From the NCBI GenBank assembly GCA_963666315.2, contig CAXXHG010000035.1:11800-75799 (forward strand): a DNA stretch of 64,000 nt. Reading direction: 5' to 3'. This DNA is from Candidatus Binatia bacterium (GTDB lineage Bacteria; Desulfobacterota; Binatia; Bin18). The notes beneath the pieces were generated by a model. The model saw only the letters and a list, made by a program, of their open reading frames with translations. It was not told where the DNA came from and searched no databases. A program made the position numbers and the translations under genes. The stretch's first letter is position 1; each line of letters begins with the position of its first letter. This document shows positions 61,906 through 64,000 of the stretch, piece by piece.

Positions 61906-64000
61906 CTAATCTTTAATTTGAGGCAGCTCGAACGGCGTGAGGTCGGCAAAACGGCGGACGACGTTGGTCGTGATCTGGGCGATATCGTTGTCGTAGCCGT
62001 TGCGAGCGAGTGCGCCGAACCACGAAATCGAGCCGACCGAGAATACGGCACCGCCAGCCGGTGTCTCGAAAAATACGATATCGGCGCGTACCACCGGATC
62101 GGGCGAAGGCACGACGGTTGCCGCTGTGAGTTCTTCCTTGGTGCGAGTCATGTCAGGCCCGAACTCAGTGGCTGAGGCGAGTACGACAGCGTGTGTGGGT
62201 GAGCCGAGCGACGGGTTATAGCGGTCGACTTCCTGACCGGCTGCGCCGCCGCCGAGGCCCGAAGTACCAATATTTTCGTCTGTGACGTTTTCAAAGATCC
62301 ACGTAGCGCGAGAGGTATAGCTTTCTGGGTTACGTTTATACCCGATCGCCCGTTCAAAACCCTGGGCAGCAAACCCGACACCTACGAGCGTGTTCGGCGC
62401 CCGACCCAGACGCCGCCACAGTCCGCCATACTCGCCGTTAAACGCGTGATAGGATTCGCCCGATTCGGTTTCCCAGTTACGCACGCCGTCCTCGGCGCGC
62501 CGCAATTCAATCGCTCCCGGCCAGGCAGCACTAAAGGCCACGCGCCAGTAAAACCCGTTACCGCCCAGATACATCAACCGCCCTCCGCGTCGCAGCCATT
62601 CTTCAAGGGCGTCGAGCATGGCTGTTGACCAGTACTCGGGGTGGGTACCCGTCACGATGAGCCGGTACGGCGCTAGCGCCTCAATGCCTTCGGTATGCAC
62701 GTCCTCATCGGCGATAATGTCGTGGCCAATTTGAAGATGGTCGAGGAAGGCATTGAGGTCTGTATCCGGCGTGAAATTCCAGCCGTCCGCGCCAGGTCGC
62801 AGTTGTAACACCGGCCGACGGCGAGAGCTGAACATCACCCCGCTGCCATCGGTATGCTTTTCGTAGCTAGACGGGCCGACCTCAGGATGCTGACGCAGAT
62901 ACTCATGCTCGGGCCGCAGCCGGGATCGCGCGGTGAGAAAGTCCGCGCCTTCGAACAGCATCCGGTGGTTGGCATAGGCCATATACGTACACGACGGCAT
63001 GAGCAGCGCGATATCGGCCGTTGATGCCCCTTTGGCCGGGCGAACGAAGAACGGAACGCGATCCTCGCCGTGTTCTGTTCGCAAGCGAAAAGCGTAGATA
63101 CCGCTGTCGAGATTAGTAGGCAAAGACAGCTCTGCAGTGGTGGGCCAGCCGGCATCATACAAATCGTCGCTGTGAAAATGCACGGCGTCGTAGTGTGCGG
63201 GTTTTGCCGTCCAGGCATGGTGACTGCCGTCCCAGCCGGGGCCGGTGACCGCCCGGGCGGGAAGCTGATGCAGCAGCCCGTGGCGCTCATTGCCGCTGAT
63301 GTCAACGATTTGTTTACCCGACATGTCTTTGGAGAAATCCCATTCCAAGGTTACATCGTCCACTGTGAGCACTGGCCGAGCCAAGCGCCCGTCGAAGTGA
63401 TCACCGTCCGGCGAGGCGGCAAGCAGACAGCGTTGTAGCGGTTCTGCTAGCGCTTTGCTTATCTGGGTGCTGGCTGTGTGTGGCTCGAATCGCTCGAAGA
63501 CATCCTGGCCTGGCGAACGGGTGGGCTCTGGAGTAAGTGTCCCGGCTACGATCCCAGCGTCCGTCAGATTAGCGTCCACCTCGACTTGATACCAGCGCTT
63601 GGCCTGGAGGGGTTGCTCCCGGAGTGATAGAACGGTCTCTCCAACACGAGCAATAAGATGGCCGTTCGACATCGCAAGCGCCAACATCGGTCCGGCATTG
63701 CTGACGACTGAGAGCAGAGTTTGATCCAGACCTGGCCGTGTGGCAAAGAGGTGAACCTTGACCTTGATCTGTCTCGTCGCCGAGAGCCCAGATAGATCAA
63801 TCTCACCGTAAGAGCCGGGCAGCAATGGCTGCTCATCAAGCAGGACCTCGGTAGGCAGCTCGCTTGGCACCCCTCCTTCTTGAAACCCCGGCCCACTGCG
63901 TGTTGGATCACCACAGATAATCCGAACGAGATCGAGCTGGGCCGGGCCGGGTGTATGGCTGGAGGCCATCAAGTGAATCGACTCTCCCGCACGCAACGAG
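61906..64000 (-). CDS. N,N-dimethylformamidase large-subunit family protein (5' end outside the window)
   Basis: HFHSDDL.DAGW, TYMAYAN, GTHPEY, YLGGNGFYW and GGAVFSVGSI motifs. Confidence 0.88.
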   Translation of the reverse strand, partial: SLRAGESIHLMASSHTPGPAQLDLVRIICGDPTRSGPGFQEGGVPSELPTEVLLDEQPLLPGSYGEIDLSGLSATRQIKVKVHLFATRPGLDQTLLSVVSNAGPMLALAMSNGHLIARVGETVLSLREQPLQAKRWYQVEVDANLTDAGIVAGTLTPEPTRSPGQDVFERFEPHTASTQISKALAEPLQRCLLAASPDGDHFDGRLARPVLTVDDVTLEWDFSKDMSGKQIVDISGNERHGLLHQLPARAVTGPGWDGSHHAWTAKPAHYDAVHFHSDDLYDAGWPTTAELSLPTNLDSGIYAFRLRTEHGEDRVPFFVRPAKGASTADIALLMPSCTYMAYANHRMLFEGADFLTARSRLRPEHEYLRQHPEVGPSSYEKHTDGSGVMFSSRRRPVLQLRPGADGWNFTPDTDLNAFLDHLQIGHDIIADEDVHTEGIEALAPYRLIVTGTHPEYWSTAMLDALEEWLRRGGRLMYLGGNGFYWRVAFSAAWPGAIELRRAEDGVRNWETESGESYHAFNGEYGGLWRRLGRAPNTLVGVGFAAQGFERAIGYKRNPESYTSRATWIFENVTDENIGTSGLGGGAAGQEVDRYNPSLGSPTHAVVLASATEFGPDMTRTKEELTAATVVPSPDPVVRADIVFFETPAGGAVFSVGSISWFGALARNGYDNDIAQITTNVVRRFADLTPFELPQIKD

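Noticed and set aside
61899-61917. CCGGACTCTAATCTT resembling the cassette end at 59658-59671
   Set aside because: The match is short and overlaps a stop codon; it may be chance.
1-64000. CRISPR array, rRNA, tRNA or integron attC array explaining the TA modules
   Set aside because: No regularly spaced repeats, RNA gene signatures or convincing RYYYAAC/GTTRRRY pairs were seen by eye.

Overview
Bacterial DNA, moderately GC-rich. The gene repertoire (many LLM/F420 oxidoreductases, amidohydrolases, DUF1329, FG-GAP) suggests an uncultured Binatia/deltaproteobacterial-type heterotroph; this is inference only. Intact catabolic genes include hydantoinase B, an acyl-CoA dehydrogenase, a phosphotriesterase, a TfdA-like dioxygenase, five LLM enzymes, CocE, a tungsten-type AOR operon, a Mo-hydroxylase trio, a FadB-like enzyme and a DMFase-like enzyme. 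These alternate with eroded patches containing pseudogenes, IS6 and IS256 relics, abutting gene fragments and about eight mostly broken toxin-antitoxin loci. Three observations stand out. (1) A stand-alone ORF fuses a nitrile hydratase alpha subunit (variant CALCSC metal motif) to a P14K/beta-N-like accessory domain, with no beta subunit in the window. (2) A family of short elements has TNA-GAG...CTC-TNA ends, and one copy is inserted in frame (165 bp) in front of the signal peptide of a DUF547 gene. (3) A vapBC module is bracketed by the same type of ends and by a 48-bp duplication of the neighbouring gene's 3' end. The supplied ORF track labels 12843..14024 as +, but the sequence shows it is on the minus strand. 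No rRNA, tRNA or CRISPR array was seen.
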